Positions 26,455-41,175 of a stretch of 64,000 nucleotides of DNA are shown here, in pieces; positions within the stretch are counted from its first letter, which is position 1; every line of letters starts with the position of its first letter. The notes beneath the pieces were generated by a model that saw only the letters and a program-made list of their open reading frames with translations, ran no database searches and was not told the DNA's origin. The position numbers and the translations under genes are program-made. This DNA is from Macrostomum lignano (lineage: Eukaryota): the NCBI GenBank assembly GCA_002269645.1, contig NIVC01000538.1, positions 434,001-498,000 of the forward strand, read 5' to 3'.

Positions 26455-26872
26455 GAAACCAATGACAACTCAATATTTCTAATGACACTCAGTCTCGAAA
26501 CAATGCAGACAATCAATCGATATTGATACTTTATGCTGCAATAATTATGACAGAGTCCAAGTAGGAATTCACGGTCCACATAGGCAAGACTCGAAAAGCA
26601 ACAGCCAAAGCTAAGACGGATGGGCCAAGACGGTCATCGCAAAGATTCAAATCTGCCAAATTGTAAAACCAAAACTGTTCGAAGACAAGCAGATGTGTCC
26701 CTTTTAACAACAGATCGCAGGCGTTGATACGGACACGCGCCATCAAGGGAAGTAATTGCAACGGGATTTTCGGCACAATTTATAACCGCTAAGGGGCACC
26801 ACCGGTTGCAGCACATAGGTAATCAGACAAAATGTCTTGCCCACAGAAATAGCTCTACAGCATCGACTACTG

Positions 26873-27247
<375 letters not shown>

Positions 27248-27825
27248 GGAGAAACGGAAGCCCCACAAGACCTGGAATCGCAGCATTGAGGCTGCAGCAG
27301 ACAGAGGCAAGTCTGTAGAGTTCGGCTCTTTGGTCTCAGGTGGTGCCAAGTGAAATTTTAATGTCGAACGACTGTGGAGAAACCAGAAAAGAGAATTCTG
27401 GGCGGCTGGGAGCAGCTGCGCCTCCCTCCCACCCAGCCCCCGCGAACAGTCGCTAGGCTGAGCCCCCAGCCCATAGCCAGACTGGGAAACTGTTTCAGAT
27501 GAAGAACTGCAGCGGTCATTAAGCCCGAAAGCAGCCGCAAGCTTGGCAGTGTTGTCTGGTTCACCTTCGCTCACCAATGCTGGGGATGCTGGAGGACAGT
27601 CTGGGCGTCATCAATCACTTTAAAGGAAGCCCTGAGGTGGGGGGGGGCAGTTCGAGTTAATTAAACTGGACCGTAAGTAGCCTCCGGGACTAAGATGGAG
27701 ATGCAGCAGGCGACTGGGTCTTCTGGAAGCAACTGCAGTTTGTCTTAACCTCTTCAACTGAAAAAATATATTTTTTTTAATCCTACAGAAGTCAAAATAA
27801 TCAATAATTTATTACAGCACTCTAT

Positions 27826-28538
27826 GACCTACAGTATGTGGAATATGGTACTGAGTGACCTACAGTATGTGGAATATGGCACTGAGTGACCTACAGTATG
27901 TGGAATATTGCACTGTGTGACCTACAGTATGTGGAATATTGCACTGTGTGACCTACAGTATGTGGAATATTGCACTGTGTGACCTACAGTATGTGGAATA
28001 TTGCACTCTATGACCTACAGTATGTGGAATATGGCACTGTGTGACCATAGTATGTAGAATATGGCACTGTGTGACCTACAGTATGTGGAATATGGCACTC
28101 TATGACCTACAGTATGTGGAATATGGCACTGTGTGACCTACAGTATGTGGAATATAGCACTGTGTGACCTACAGTATGTAGAATATAGCACTGTGTGACC
28201 TACAGTATGTGGAATATTGCACTGTGTGACCTACAGTATGTGGAATATTGCACTCTATGACCTACAGTATGTGGAATATGGCACTGTGTGACCACAGTAT
28301 GTAGAATATGGCACTGTGTGACCTACAGTATGTGGAATATGGCACTCTATGACCTACAGTATGTGGAATATGGCACTGTGTGACCTACAGTATGTGGAAT
28401 ATGGCACTGTGTGACATACAGTATGCAGAGTATGGCACTGTGTGACCTACAGTATGTGGAATATGGCACTGTGTGACATACAGTATGCAGAGTATGGCAC
28501 TGTGTGACATACAGTATGCAGAGTATGGCAGTCTATGA
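27826..28538. repeat. Minisatellite, 31-bp unit GACCTACAGTATGTGGAATATGGCACTGTGT
   Basis: Direct periodicity. Confidence 0.94.
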
Positions 28539-28753
28539 CTTCTATAGCATGTACACATGTCAATATTATTTAAATAAAATATTCTGTTGAAAACATTACC
28601 AAAGTGAGGCCAGTGCATTCGGAGCACTAATTCTGCAGTTCAGCCAATTTCTAAATACAACAGCACTCTTTGTCGGAAACAATGTTTGATGACTGACACC
28701 TTCACAATAAGCCGCATTTAACTGTTTAACCGGTGGTCCAACTAAAACACTGC

Positions 28754-28882
28754 AACCGGAAGTGGGGCGGTAATGGACCGCTTTTATGTTTGCATTGTGC
28801 CTCAGTTCCTGTCCGGCTCACTGGTGCCTTTGTCCATCAGCCATGCCAGCCCGTTCTCTCATTTTCCCTCGGAGTGGTAAGT
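28754..28882 (+). promoter_or_regulatory. Candidate promoter and first exon (ETS site, GC box, strong donor)
   Basis: ACCGGAAGT directly followed by GGGGCGG; about 110 nt later GTG|GTAAGT (donor at 28877). The downstream gene is not established. Confidence 0.3.
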
Positions 28883-29036
28883 TTTTTGCATTTAAAATAA
28901 GCAGTTTCCCATACTGAACTACTGACAAGGACAGATGAGTAGTATCGTTAGCTTATAACATTTCCATTTGCTCTTATGGAAATGTTGTGTTGGCTAGAGA
29001 ATGGCTATGAAATTCAATTCCAGAATAAGGAAAAAC

Positions 29037-29262
29037 TACTGGGGTGGGGAGGGTGACTCTGCCGGCACAATCTGCTGAACTACAGGGGTGGGGAGGGTGA
29101 CTCTGCCGGCACAATCTGCTGAACTACAGGGGTGGGGAGGGTGACTCTGCCGGCACAATCTGCTGAACTACAGGGGTGGGGAGGGTGACTCTGCCGGCAC
29201 AAACTGCTGAACTACAGGGGTAGGGAGGGTGACTCTGCCGGCACAATCTGCTGAACTACAGG
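29037..29262. repeat. Minisatellite, 44-bp unit, ~5 copies
   Basis: GGGGTGGGGAGGGTGACTCTGCCGGCACAATCTGCTGAACTACA. Confidence 0.92.
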
Positions 29263-29515
29263 GGCATTGCTAGCGTAATCTGCTGAGCTACAAAGAGAAG
29301 TCAAACTGCCAGTGGACGGCTCTCTGAAAAAAATTTACTAGTTCAATACATGCTGCTGAGTTGAGTAGTATTGTTCACCTGGTAAAAAAACTGAATAAGA
29401 AAAAGATTTTTTCAGAATTTAATTAATTAAAAAAAGCCATTTCAGGAAAAGATGTAGGAGGATTAAAGATAAAAATGATAGCATTAAAATGGGCGTTTAT
29501 GAGCTCCCTCGAGTT

Positions 29516-30072
29516 TCGAGCTTATGAAATGTCGAGCTTATGAAATGTCGAGCTTATGAAATATCGAGCTTATGAAATATCGAGCTTATGAAATATCGAG
29601 CTTATGAAATGTCGAGCTTATGAAATATCGAGCTTATGAAATGTCGAGCTTATGAAATATCGAGCTTATGAAATATCGAGCTTATGAAATGTCGAGCTTA
29701 TGAAATGTCGGGCTTATGAAATATCGAGCTTATGAAATGTCGAGCTTATGAAATGTCGGGCTTATGAAATGTCGAGCTTATGAAATGTCGGGCTTATGAA
29801 ATGTCGGGCTTATGAAATGTCGAGCTTATGAAATATCGGGCTTATGAAATATCGAGCTTATGAAATGTCGAGCTTATGAAATGTCGGGCTTATGAAATGT
29901 CGAGCTTATGAAATATCGAGCTTATGAAATATCGAGCTTATGAAATATCGAGCTTATGAAATATCGAGCTTATGAAATATCGAGCTTATGAAATATCGAG
30001 CTTATGAAATGTCGAGCTTATGAAATGTCGAGCTTATGAAATATCGAGCTTATGAAATTTTGAGCTTATGAA
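29516..30072. repeat. Minisatellite, 16-bp unit TCGAGCTTATGAAAT(G/A)
   Basis: Direct periodicity. Confidence 0.95.
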
Positions 30073-30848
30073 ACTTCGATCGCTTGTGAAATTTTCATCG
30101 AACACGAGCAGCTCCCGCAGATATAGTGGAACATGAACTGAAACTGAAATAATTATTCTATGAAAGCGAACAAAAAATGGAATCCTTCTTGCTCTTCTGA
30201 GCATTCCACTCCGGGCAGGCAGCGGGCGGCTATCTCAGTCGGGTTAATCGAGCTAATCAACTATCAATGGCCATACTGAGAACCAAAGCGAAAAGCAGGA
30301 ACTGGAGACACTTGAAACGCCTCAAGTCTGAAGCCGTGTAGCGCGCGATCCGGGAATCGATGACGGATACGGGACTCGGCGGAGGCGGATCAGAAAAATC
30401 TTGAATAACCCAACAACAACAGCGCCTGTTCGCCGCTTGCTTGTGTCTTTAAAAACCCCGCCTCTGATCCCATTGACCCCGCTGACCCCCCCGCCTGCTT
30501 CTCCCGCATTTGCGCGAGGCCCCCTCGGGCAGAAGCCCGCTCAGACTCAGAAGGTACGCGCTCAAGAAGCAGCAGAGGAGAGAGAGAAAAAAGTTCCAAT
30601 TTGCTTTGATAAGTTTTTCTTCTTCAGCGCGTTTTGCTTGGAACTCGCCGCGGCAGTGCCAGGAAGCGGAACCAGACTCGAATAGAAGATGAGCGGCAAG
30701 TCGCACTTTCAGATACTTTCAAGCCTATGGTTATAGTTGTGTTCTGCCTGCTTCTATTAGCAGAAGCAAACAGAAGTGAAGGCCACTTCCTTCTGGACTC
30801 GAAGCCATGCCTTGCGAACTGCTTTGAGGCAGGCGAGCTCGACATTTC

Positions 30849-31791
30849 CCCCAAACTTCACGATCCCCAAACTTCACGATCCCCAAACTTCATGATCCCA
30901 AACTTCATGATTCCCAGACTTCATGATCCCCAAACTTCACGATCCCCAAACTTCACGATCCCCAAACTTCACGATCCCCAAACTTCACGATCTCCAAACT
31001 TCACGATCCCCAAACTTCACGATCCCCAAACTTCACGATCCCCAAACTTCACGATCCCCAAACTTCATGATCCCAAACTTCATGATCCCCAAACTTCATG
31101 ATCCCCAAACTTCACGATCCCCAAACTTCACGATCCCCAAACTTCACGATCCCCAAACTTCACGATCCCCAAACTTCACGATCCCCAAACTTCACGATCC
31201 CCAAACTTCACGATCCCCAAACTTCATGATCACCAAACTTCATGATCCCAAACTTCATGATCCCCAAACTTCACGATCCCCAAACTTCACGATCCCCAAA
31301 CTTCACGATCCCCAAACTTCATAATCCCCAAACTTCCCGATCCCCAAACTTCACGATCACCAAACTTCCCGATCCCCAAACTTCATAATCCCCAAACTTC
31401 ACGATCCCCAAACTTCACGATCACCAAACTTCATGATCCCAAACTTCATGATCCCCAAACTTCACGATCCCCAAACTTCATGATCCCCAAACTTCACGAT
31501 CCCCAAACTTCACGATCACCAAACTTCCCGATCCCCAAACTTCATAATCCCCAAACTTCACGATCCCCAAACTTCATGATCCCAAACTTCATGATTCCCA
31601 GACTTCATGATCCCCAAACTTCACGATCCCCAAACTTCCCGATCCCCAAACTTTATAATACCCAAACTTCACGATCCCCAAACTTCCCGATCCCCAAACT
31701 TTATAATCCCCAAACTTCACGATCCCCAAACTTTCCGATCCCCAAACTTTATAATCCCCAAACTTCACGTTCCCCAAACTTCACGATCCCC
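30849..31791. repeat. Minisatellite, 16-bp unit CCCCAAACTTCACGAT
   Basis: Direct periodicity. Confidence 0.95.
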
Positions 31792-32956
31792 ATAAGCTTG
31801 ATGCCCATAAACTTTGTTAGTTGCTGGTGCACAGTGCATGTTGTTGATGCCCCTAAGCTTCACGAGCTCTAAACTTCAGATGCCAAAAGCGCCAAACGGG
31901 ATTTGAATATCATAGATTTTTTCACCTCATATCTATCTTTCCACTGCAGGGCATTGTCTTCGGTTACTATAGAGCCATCATCCTATAGGAATTCAATATT
32001 GAATGCGAACGCAGGAAAAGAGGCTCTGGCCAAGCGAGTGAAGGCAGGCCAGCTCTGATCAAGATTGTTTCACGATGAAGAGAGCTCGCTCAGCCAAGGA
32101 GATCTCCTGACCGAAAGTCGGTAACGTACGCAGGCCACGCGCTCATCCAGGGTGCACAACGGCCAGCTGACTGTCTCATTGTCGAGCCACGAACGGAATA
32201 TAGGACCCGGAAGTAGATGCCAGTCCAGACTCTTGATTCCAGATGTCCTTGGCGGCCCTCCTTCCTCCGGAGTCTTTATCTCTATTTTTCCTACTCTGTT
32301 TATACTTAGAAATTAGACTTGATGGAGAAGATAGGCATCTGTTTTGGCTCAGCGCTGCTCAAAAATTACTGTAGCCAAAAATTTGCCTACCCATTGGAAG
32401 TGGCCGGTCGGCAGCCCCCCCCCCCCTCCATATTCGGCAAGATATTTTCTCAAGTCACTTCTTTGTGAGAGTCGAATTTCAAAGCGAGCAGAAGCGAAGA
32501 TGAAGGCCTGCAGATGCCTAAGCGGGGGGGGGCTTCTTAATCTGTCCCGACTCTTCTCTTTGTGCCAGCGAATGAATTTAACGCGCACCTGAGAATACAG
32601 AATTAGCTCTTACCTGAGCTTGAGTAAGTAATCTCTGCTTTTTTTCGCTACATACAGCTAATCCGAAAAGGGGGAATTGTTGGCTACAGAAAAGATCTGC
32701 AGCCAACTGCGATGACGGCAGTTTTCATCTTGATGCTGAAATTTGATTCTGTCTCTGTTTCTTTTGGTTTGGCATATATCAGTTTTTTCATGGCCGGCGT
32801 ATTGAAAAAGAAACATTAATTTGCTTTATTACAAAAAGATGGACAACTTTAATCTGATATAACCCAGCTATGCTGCTGGGCTGCTTTGCTGAGGTCAGTT
32901 TCATGTCTGATTCCATTGCGGCCGATCAGACTTGTTAGCTTCTAAGAAAATCTAGT

Positions 32957-34390
32957 AGAGGAGAGAGGGGAGAGAGCGAAAAGAGAGAGGGGGGAGGGAG
33001 AGGGGAGAGAGAAGAGAGAGGGGAGAGAGGGGAGAGAGGGGAGAGAGGGGAGAGAGGGGAGAGATGGGAGAGATGGGAGAGGGGAGAGAGATGGGAGAGA
33101 GGGGAGAGAGGGGAGAGAGAGATGGGAGAGATGGAAGAGATGGGAGAGAGGGGAGAGTTGGGAGAGAGGGGAGAGTTGGGAGAGAGGGGAGAGAGGGGAG
33201 AGAGTGAGATGGGAGAGAGGGAAGAGATGAGAGAGAGGGGAGAGATGGGAGAGAGGGGAGAGATGGGAGAGAGAGGGGAGAGAGGGGAGAGAGGGGAGAG
33301 AGGGAGAGAGGGGAGAGAGGGGAGAGAGGGGAGAGAGGGGAGAGAGGGGAGAGATGGGAGAGAGGGGAGAGATGGGAGAGAGGGGAGAGAGAGAGATGGG
33401 AGAGAGGGGAGAGAGGGAGAGCGGGAGAGGAGGGCAGAGAGGGAGAGAGGGGAGAGAGGGAGAGCGGGAGAGGAGGGCAGAGAGGGAGAGGGGAGAGGGG
33501 AGGGGAGAGAGGGAGAGGGGAGAGAGGGGAGAGAGAGAGATGGGAGAGAGGGGAGAGGGGAGAGAGGGGAGAGAGAGATGGGAGAGAGGGGAGAGATGTG
33601 AGAGAGGGAGAGGGGGAGAAAGGGGAGAGAGAGATGGGAGAGAGAGATGGGAGAGAGGGGAGAGATGGGAGAGAGGGGAGAGATGGGAGAGATGGGAGAG
33701 AGGGAGAGGGGGAGAGGAGGGCAGAGAGGGAGAGGGGAGAGAGGGGAGAGAGAGAGATGGGAGAGAGGGGAGAGGGGAGAGAGGGGAGAGAGATGGGAGA
33801 GAGGGGAGAGATGTGAGAGAGGGAGAGGGGGAGAAAGGGGAGAGAGAGATGGGAGAGAGAGATGGGAGAGAGGGGAGAGATGGGAGAGAGGGGAGAGAGG
33901 GGAGAGATGTGAGAGAGGGAGAGATGTGAGAGAGGGAGAGGGGGAGAGAGGGGAGAGAGAGATGGGAGAGAGAGATGGGAGAGAGGGGAGAGATGTGAGA
34001 GAGGGAGAGGGGGAGAGAGGGGAGAGAGAGATGGGAGAGAGAGATGGGAGAGAGGGGAGAGATGTGAGAGAGGGAGAGGGGGAGAGAGGGGAGAGAGAGA
34101 TGGGAGAGAGAGATGGGAGAGAGGGGAGAGATGGGAGAGAGGGGAGAGAGGGGAGAGATGTGAGAGAGGGAGAGATGTGAGAGAGGGAGAGGGGGAGAGA
34201 GGGAGAGGGGGAGAGATGGGAGAGAGGGGAGAGATGGGAGAGAGGGGAGAGATGTGAGAGAGGGAGAGGGGGAGAGAGGGGAGAGAGAGATGGGAGAGAG
34301 AGATGGGAGAGAGGGGAGATATGGGAGAGAGGGGAGAGATGGGAGAGAGGGAGAGGGGGAGAGGAGGGCAGAGAGGGAGAGGGGAGAAGG
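32957..34390. repeat. Polypurine (GA-rich) low-complexity tract, GGGAGAGA(G/T) variants
   Basis: About 1.4 kb almost exclusively G and A. Confidence 0.95.
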
Positions 34391-36902
34391 CAGAGAGCTC
34401 ATGCCTCATACACCCAGACCAAAAGCAAAAGTCCAAGGCGAGAAGATATCTGTGCGCAGTGCCAGTCTGCAAAAAAGCAGACAGTTTCAATCTTGCTGAA
34501 ACTCCATCGCAGCAGCGAGTAGAAGAAGATGGAACAGAAAAAAGCAGAACTGAGCACTCGGTGTCAGCTGCTAGTTGCAGCTCTCGAAGGCTCCTCAGCG
34601 GCATTCTGCTCCTGGCCACAAGTGGATGCGGGTTAAGGATGAGAGGCTGCTGCCGCTTGCTGCTCCTAATAGCAGAGCGGAACTTGCGCAACGCAGGGAG
34701 ACGCAAACTCGCCCCGGCTTGAGGGCCTTCCGCAGCCACGGCCGCCGAGGGCAAAGAATAAATGGGGATAAGTGTGAAATAGTGATGAAGGGGATCTGAG
34801 ATTGAGGAGACTGGGGCGGGGCACTTGTCAGTGATCAGTAACAGCCCGTGCCACCTGAGCTTCCTTGCTGAAGAGGGTTGCTCTTGCTTCTGCTTTTACG
34901 CATTTTCGGTTATCAATATAAAGCATGTAATTTCGAATTGATTTGCTTCTGGTTGGTTTGTTGCAGAAATTGCTTCTCCACTCGGGATTGAAGAATTCAA
35001 ATAAAAAACAAGCAGAAAACCTGGGGGTTGGGGGGTTGGGGGGAGGATACGTGCCAAACCCCAGGCTCGATGGGATTCCCCCAGCCACGAGTCACCCCCC
35101 CCCCTGGTGACACCTGGCATGGACGTGCCTTGTAACCGACCGCAGAAACTTAAAACACCTCCCCCAATTGGCTGGACAAAGACCTTCCTTTGCACGGCCC
35201 GTTGAACGCACTGGTTGAGCTGGTATTGCAGTTTTGATCATTCGGGTTCCTTCTGGCGGTGCCATGCAGTTGAAACACTCCACAGCAATTACTCTCAGCT
35301 GTGACTTTGCTTTGACAAGCGGGCAGGGGTCTCCTTTCTCTTCACTTGCTCTGTGCCATCCCCCCTACCCTATTTTCTGTTTCTCCTCGAATGATCTTCT
35401 CAGAAAAGTGTCATGCGAGTGCTCGCACCGCTGGGGTTAGGGAGGCACCTACGCTGAAGTGGCTGCTCAGCGTAATTGAAAAATATTCGACAACGCAGGC
35501 AGACCATGGAACTGTTGAGGCGTTTTTATCAGAGTGGATTTTCCGTTCTGGCCCAATGGGAATGGGATGGGCAGGCTGGCGGGGCCTTGGAAACGAGAAT
35601 CATTTATAGAGTGGGTATATACTAATTATTACTGTGGCTGCATGCACAGCCCCTGGTATAGCTGTCAACGCCATGGGCTGCAGTGGGCGGGCAGGATCAG
35701 TGCTGTGCTCTTCACACCTTGGCCGAATGCAGTGTTCGCCTGCTCGCGCTCGACTTATGCCAGCTCACTGGATCGGCCATTAGTGGCCAAGGTGTTGGGC
35801 AAAGTGGATTACATACCCTGGTGAAAGCTGATGCATATTGGCCTCTATAAAGGGTTTAAGGGAAGAGGCGGGAGATTAGAGCCCTCCCGATTCCATCAGC
35901 AGTTTTTCGGACTGGGAGGAGGGGAAGAAGGGGATTAAAAAAACAGAATATTTTATTTCATTTCGCGCAGGCCAACAGCGTCATAGAGAATTTCAAGCGG
36001 CGACTCCAGAGGCGGCCCAGTGCTTCGGGCCGATAAGCTTTTGTCGGACTTACAAATAAGGGGGCCTGCCTGACTGAGAAATGTGTATGAGGGAGAGAAT
36101 GATCGCTTCGTTTAACATTGTAAAACTTGAGCACGTGAACTAGGAGCGGAGTTTGAGCTCCTAATCTGTCACTGGGATCAGGCGGTCCTGGGAGCTGCCG
36201 CTTGTTGAACTGCGATAACAGCTTATAACTGCAAGGCTGGGAAATTATGGGGAATTAAAAAATGCAAAGTAGGCCATGGCGGATCCGAGCGGCTCTAGAT
36301 GGGCCAGCAACGCAAAAGAAAGAGAAATGTTTCAGTGGAGTGTGAAACGCGCACCGCAGTTCCCCATTGTGCGCGCATCGATTTCCAGCCAGGACTTCGG
36401 TGGTGCAGTGCCCGACTCAAACTCGGGGATCGCGGGGCCGGCCAAGCGTGCCACTGCTTGCTTCTGCGCTGCTTGCAACAAATCTTCTGCTTCTATTTAC
36501 CCCATACATAGCGAAACAGAAAGTGATTGATTTCTGCAAAATCCTCCGCGGCCAAGTGGAAAGAAGCCCGAAGGGAAATCCAGATTTTGCAGTCAATATT
36601 CGGTGTCTATGAAGCAATTACCAGCCCATGCCGTCGACAAAAGCCCTTTGTTGCGGCTTCTTCCGCAGGCCAAGTTCAGTTCTGCGTGAACAAGAAGACA
36701 CGAATAGGCTCGGACTCGGGGAAGCCGCACAATCCGGCAAATCTGCTATCTACCTTTCTCTTTCTTGTCTGCTCGAGCCACGAATCTTTCTTACGAAGCG
36801 GCATCTGTGCTCAGTTCTGGGCAAAGGTTTGCCTGCCACTTTGTCGTCATTTGCATCCAAAATGGCAACTCCGAATTTGAAATTCGTTCATTCGCCCCAC
36901 CC

Positions 36903-37441
36903 ATTCACATAGTGCCACCCCGATTCACACAGCGCCACCCCAATTCACACAGCGTCTCCTCAATTCACAAAATGCCTCTTTTATTCATACAGCGCCACCT
37001 CCATTCACACAGCGCCACCGCAATTCACACAGCGATCCAACCATTGACACAGTGATTCCTCAATTCACACAGCGCCCTATCCATTGACACAGCACCACCT
37101 CCATTCACACAGCACCATATCCATTCACACAGTACCACCCCGATTCACACAGCGCCACCCCAATTCACACAGCGCCTCTTCAATTCACAAAATGCCTCTT
37201 TTATTCACACAGCGCCACCGCAATTCACACAGCGCTCCAACCATTCACACAGCGCCTCCTCTATTCACACAGCGCCTCCTCTATTCACACAGCGCCTCTT
37301 CAATTCACAAAATGCCTCTTTTATTCACACAGCGCCACCGCAATTCACACAGCGCTCCAACCATTCACACAGCGATTCCTCAATTCACACAGCGCCACCT
37401 CCATTCACACAACGCCATATCCATTCACACAGCGCCACCCA
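36903..37441. repeat. Diverged ~20-bp minisatellite ATTCACACAGCGCCACC
   Basis: Recurring ATTCACACAGCG core. Confidence 0.88.
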
Positions 37442-38505
37442 AGTGGATCACATGACAGCCGCAATAACATTCAGCGCTCCAATGTGAAAGCTTCATAACG
37501 ACGGGCATGTGAAAGTTGAAACAATCTACAAGAGCATGCAACAAAAATGCAATTTAAGCTCAACTATCGCGAGCACAGTCCGCCTTTGTAGCCGGTTGAA
37601 CTCCGTTGCCAAGCCCAGTTAATCTGAGCTGTGCTTAGGTTGGCAGGGAGGGGCACACTGGGATAAGACAAACTTTCCCCACTGCTCTGCTTCGCTAAAA
37701 AGCAAGCAGTCAACTCTTACGACACAGCCTGGAAGAGCCGCCAACAAAGAAGCTGACTACAGAGAGAGAAAAGAAGCTTTCGAAAACGTCGAACTAGAAT
37801 TGAGACTGGCTGCCGTGACGCAGCGGATCAGGGGCTTCAACAGCCCCGCTATCAATTCCATGTCGAGTCGCTTTGCGTGACGGCACTTGCAATCTTCCCA
37901 GCTCCCACGGCTGCTTTTTCGACGACAAATTGCTTTGAAGAAAAGAAGAATATGAAGAAGCTACAGATCTGACAATAAGGAGTGAATGAGGCGGAGACAA
38001 CGTCAGACACCGGAGCTTCCCCAGGTAATGATTTCATTTCCACTTTGGAACTCCACAAGTCCAGGGAGCTGGGAGCGAACTACGAAAGCAGACGGATCAG
38101 AAGGATTCAAATCCCAATAAGCATTATCCGCCGCTATCATTGCTTCACTCCCAGAATGGGCAATACTCAAGTTTGAGCAGGACTCAAACACGGGTTGCGG
38201 GGGAGGAGGCGAACCCGTCAGCCGCTGCACAGCCAATGGGATTCGAGTTGGGGATCGCACCCACCCCAGCCTCCGCGGTCTGGGGAGAAAACGGGAAAAG
38301 AGTAAGTAAAACTAGTTTTCCTCCAGATTATTTCCCAGCCCTGCCGCAAAGTTTCTTTCGAGAAAATCTGGTTAGAAGACCCTGACTTCACTTCCCCGAA
38401 GTTTTTTCCTTATCCCGCCAGGGACCAAATGTGGAGCTCTATGGAAGCTGAGGACGTCTCAGTCTACAACAAAGGATTGCAGAGGTGAGAGCGACAGACA
38501 TAAAG

Positions 38506-39015
<510 letters not shown>

Positions 39016-39031
39016 GCACCCATCACTTCAG

Positions 39032-39417
39032 GTGCCCACACCAGAGGAGCAGCCTGTCAATGCCGTCTAGTCCCCTGCAGTCGCCGCTGCCGCAGTCGCC
39101 ACCGCCGACGCCGCCGCCGCTGCTGCCGCCGGCACCAGAGCGGCAGCTCAGCCGGTCCCGCTCCCGGTCGCCTCTTCAACAGCAGCGGAAGCAGCCACAG
39201 GCGCCCGGCAGCAACCGGAAGCGCCACTTTCACCACCAGCTGCAGGGGCCGCTGCTGCCGCCGCCTCTGTCAGCCGACAGCGAAGACGGCGCCGGCAAGG
39301 CGGGCCAGAGCAAGTGCCCGAACCCCGACTGCGACGGCACGGGTCACGTGACAGGCCTCTACTCCCATCACAGGAGCCTCAGCGGCTGCCCGAGGAAAAG
39401 CAAATACACTGCGGAGA
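39032..39417 (+). CDS. MYT1: Myt1/Myt1l/St18-family C2HC zinc-finger protein, exon A (5' end uncertain; in-frame ATG at 39060)
   Basis: Acceptor cacttcAG|G. Encodes [30 protein letters not shown], matching the Myt1 finger [26 protein letters not shown]. Donor GAGA|GTGAGT (phase 1). Confidence 0.88.
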
Positions 39418-39454
39418 GTGAGTTAGCGCTGATATTTGATTTACCCATGACCCA

Positions 39455-40184
39455 CCTCCTCACTCAGCAGCCTCATCAATCTCCCACCTCCTCACTCAGC
39501 AGCCTCATCAATCTCCCACCTCCTCACTCAGCTGCCTCATCAATCTCCCACCTCCTCACTCAGCTGCCTCATCAATCTCCCCCCTCCTCACTCAGCAGCC
39601 TCATCAATCTCCCACCTCCTCACTCAGCTGCCTCATCAATCTCCCACCTCCTCACTCAGCTGCCTCATCAATCTCCCCCTCCTCACTCAGCTGCCTCATC
39701 AATCTCCCACATCCTCACTCAGCTGCCTCATCAATCTCCCACCTCCTCACTCAGCTGCCTCATCAATCTCCCCCCTCCTCACTCAGCTGCCTCATCAATC
39801 TCCCCCCCCTCCTCACTCAGCTGCCTCATCAATCTCCCACCTCCTCACTCAGCAGCCTCATCAATCTCCCACCTCGTCACTCAGCTGCCCAATCAATCTC
39901 CCACCTCCTCACTCAGCTGCCTCATCAATCTCCCCCCTCCTCACTCAGCAGCCTCATCAATCTCCCCCCTCCTCACTCAGCTGCCTCATCAATCTCCCAC
40001 CTCCTCACTCAGCTGCCTCATCAATCTCCCCCCTCCTCACTCAGCAGCCTCATCAATCTCCCCCCTCCTCACTCAGCTGCCTCATCAATCTCCCACCTCC
40101 TCACTCAGCTGCCTCATCAATCTCCCACCTCCTCACTCAGCAGCCTCATCAATCTCCCACATCCTCACTCAGCTGCCTCATCAG
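39455..40184. repeat. Minisatellite, 32-bp unit CTCCTCACTCAGCAGCCTCATCAATCTCCCAC in the Myt1 intron
   Basis: Fills most of the 794-bp intron. Confidence 0.94.
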
Positions 40185-40211
40185 CCCCTCGAATACTTCC
40201 TAACCCGGCAG

Positions 40212-41175
40212 TGCTAGGCCTGCAGCACACGGTCCTTCGCTGCCCCACCATCGGCTGCACCGGGCGCGGTCACGTGAACGGCAATCGGTCGTCGCACCGC
40301 AGCCTCTCCGGCTGCCCCATCGCAGCTGTCGGCAAGCTGATCAAGTCCGGCTCCTCCGGTAGCGGAGGCGGTGGAGGCGGCGGCGGCGGAGGCCATCATG
40401 GGGAATCGCCGCCGAGGTGCCCGGCGCCTGGCAGCAAGCCGAAGAACTGCGGCCTGCAGAGACAGACGGGAGGCGGCCAGTCGCAGCATCCCATGCTGCA
40501 TCACAGTCACCAGTTGGACGAAGAAGACCGGCGCGGTGTCGCCGCGGCTGTTTCCGCGACCAGCGGCGGCGGTCACCCCGGCTTCGTCGCAGCCGCCGCG
40601 GCAGCCGCAGCTGCCGCCGTAGGCGGAGGCGTCGTCAGCCACTCGGCGGCCCAGGACTTCGCGGCCGCCGCCCTCCTGCCGATGTTCCAAGGCGGCGGTC
40701 GAGTCGGCGGTGGCAGCGGCGGCTTCGACTTCGCCTCCTCGCCGCTTCACTATTACAACTCGCTGCTGCGCTTCGGACTGCCGCGCCCCTTCAACGGCTT
40801 CTCGGCATCGCCGCATCTGCCACCGCCGCCGCCGCCACCGCCGCTGCCGCAGTACCACGCTGGAATCCGTCCGCTGCCGCCGTTTCCGCACCCACCGGCC
40901 CGCCTGCCGCTGCTCGGCTTCCCTCGGCTGCAGCCGCCGCCCCCTCCGCCGCCGCCGCCGCCACCTCCTCCTCCGTTGCAGGACTCCGACTTTCGAGCTC
41001 GTCGACAGCCGAACAAAGACTTCAGCGTGTCGGCCCTTATGGGCGACGCCTCGCCACCGACTGCGGATTCGACTTCTTCGCCGATTCCGGAGCCACCGGC
41101 GGGTGCCAGCAGGGCCCCGGAGCCGTTGGACCTGTCCGTCAGGCTGACTGACTGCGAGAACCTCGGCTCGTCCAG
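40212..41175 (+). CDS. MYT1: Myt1-family C2HC zinc-finger protein, exon B
   Basis: Acceptor ccggcAG|TG. Encodes [43 protein letters not shown] (cf. Myt1 [42 protein letters not shown]). Ends at CCAG|GTGAGT; unspliced, it stops at TGA 41177-41179. Confidence 0.9.

Noticed and set aside
32942-34754. 486-600 aa SPL/GER-rich ORFs
   Set aside because: Translation of a GA-only low-complexity tract.
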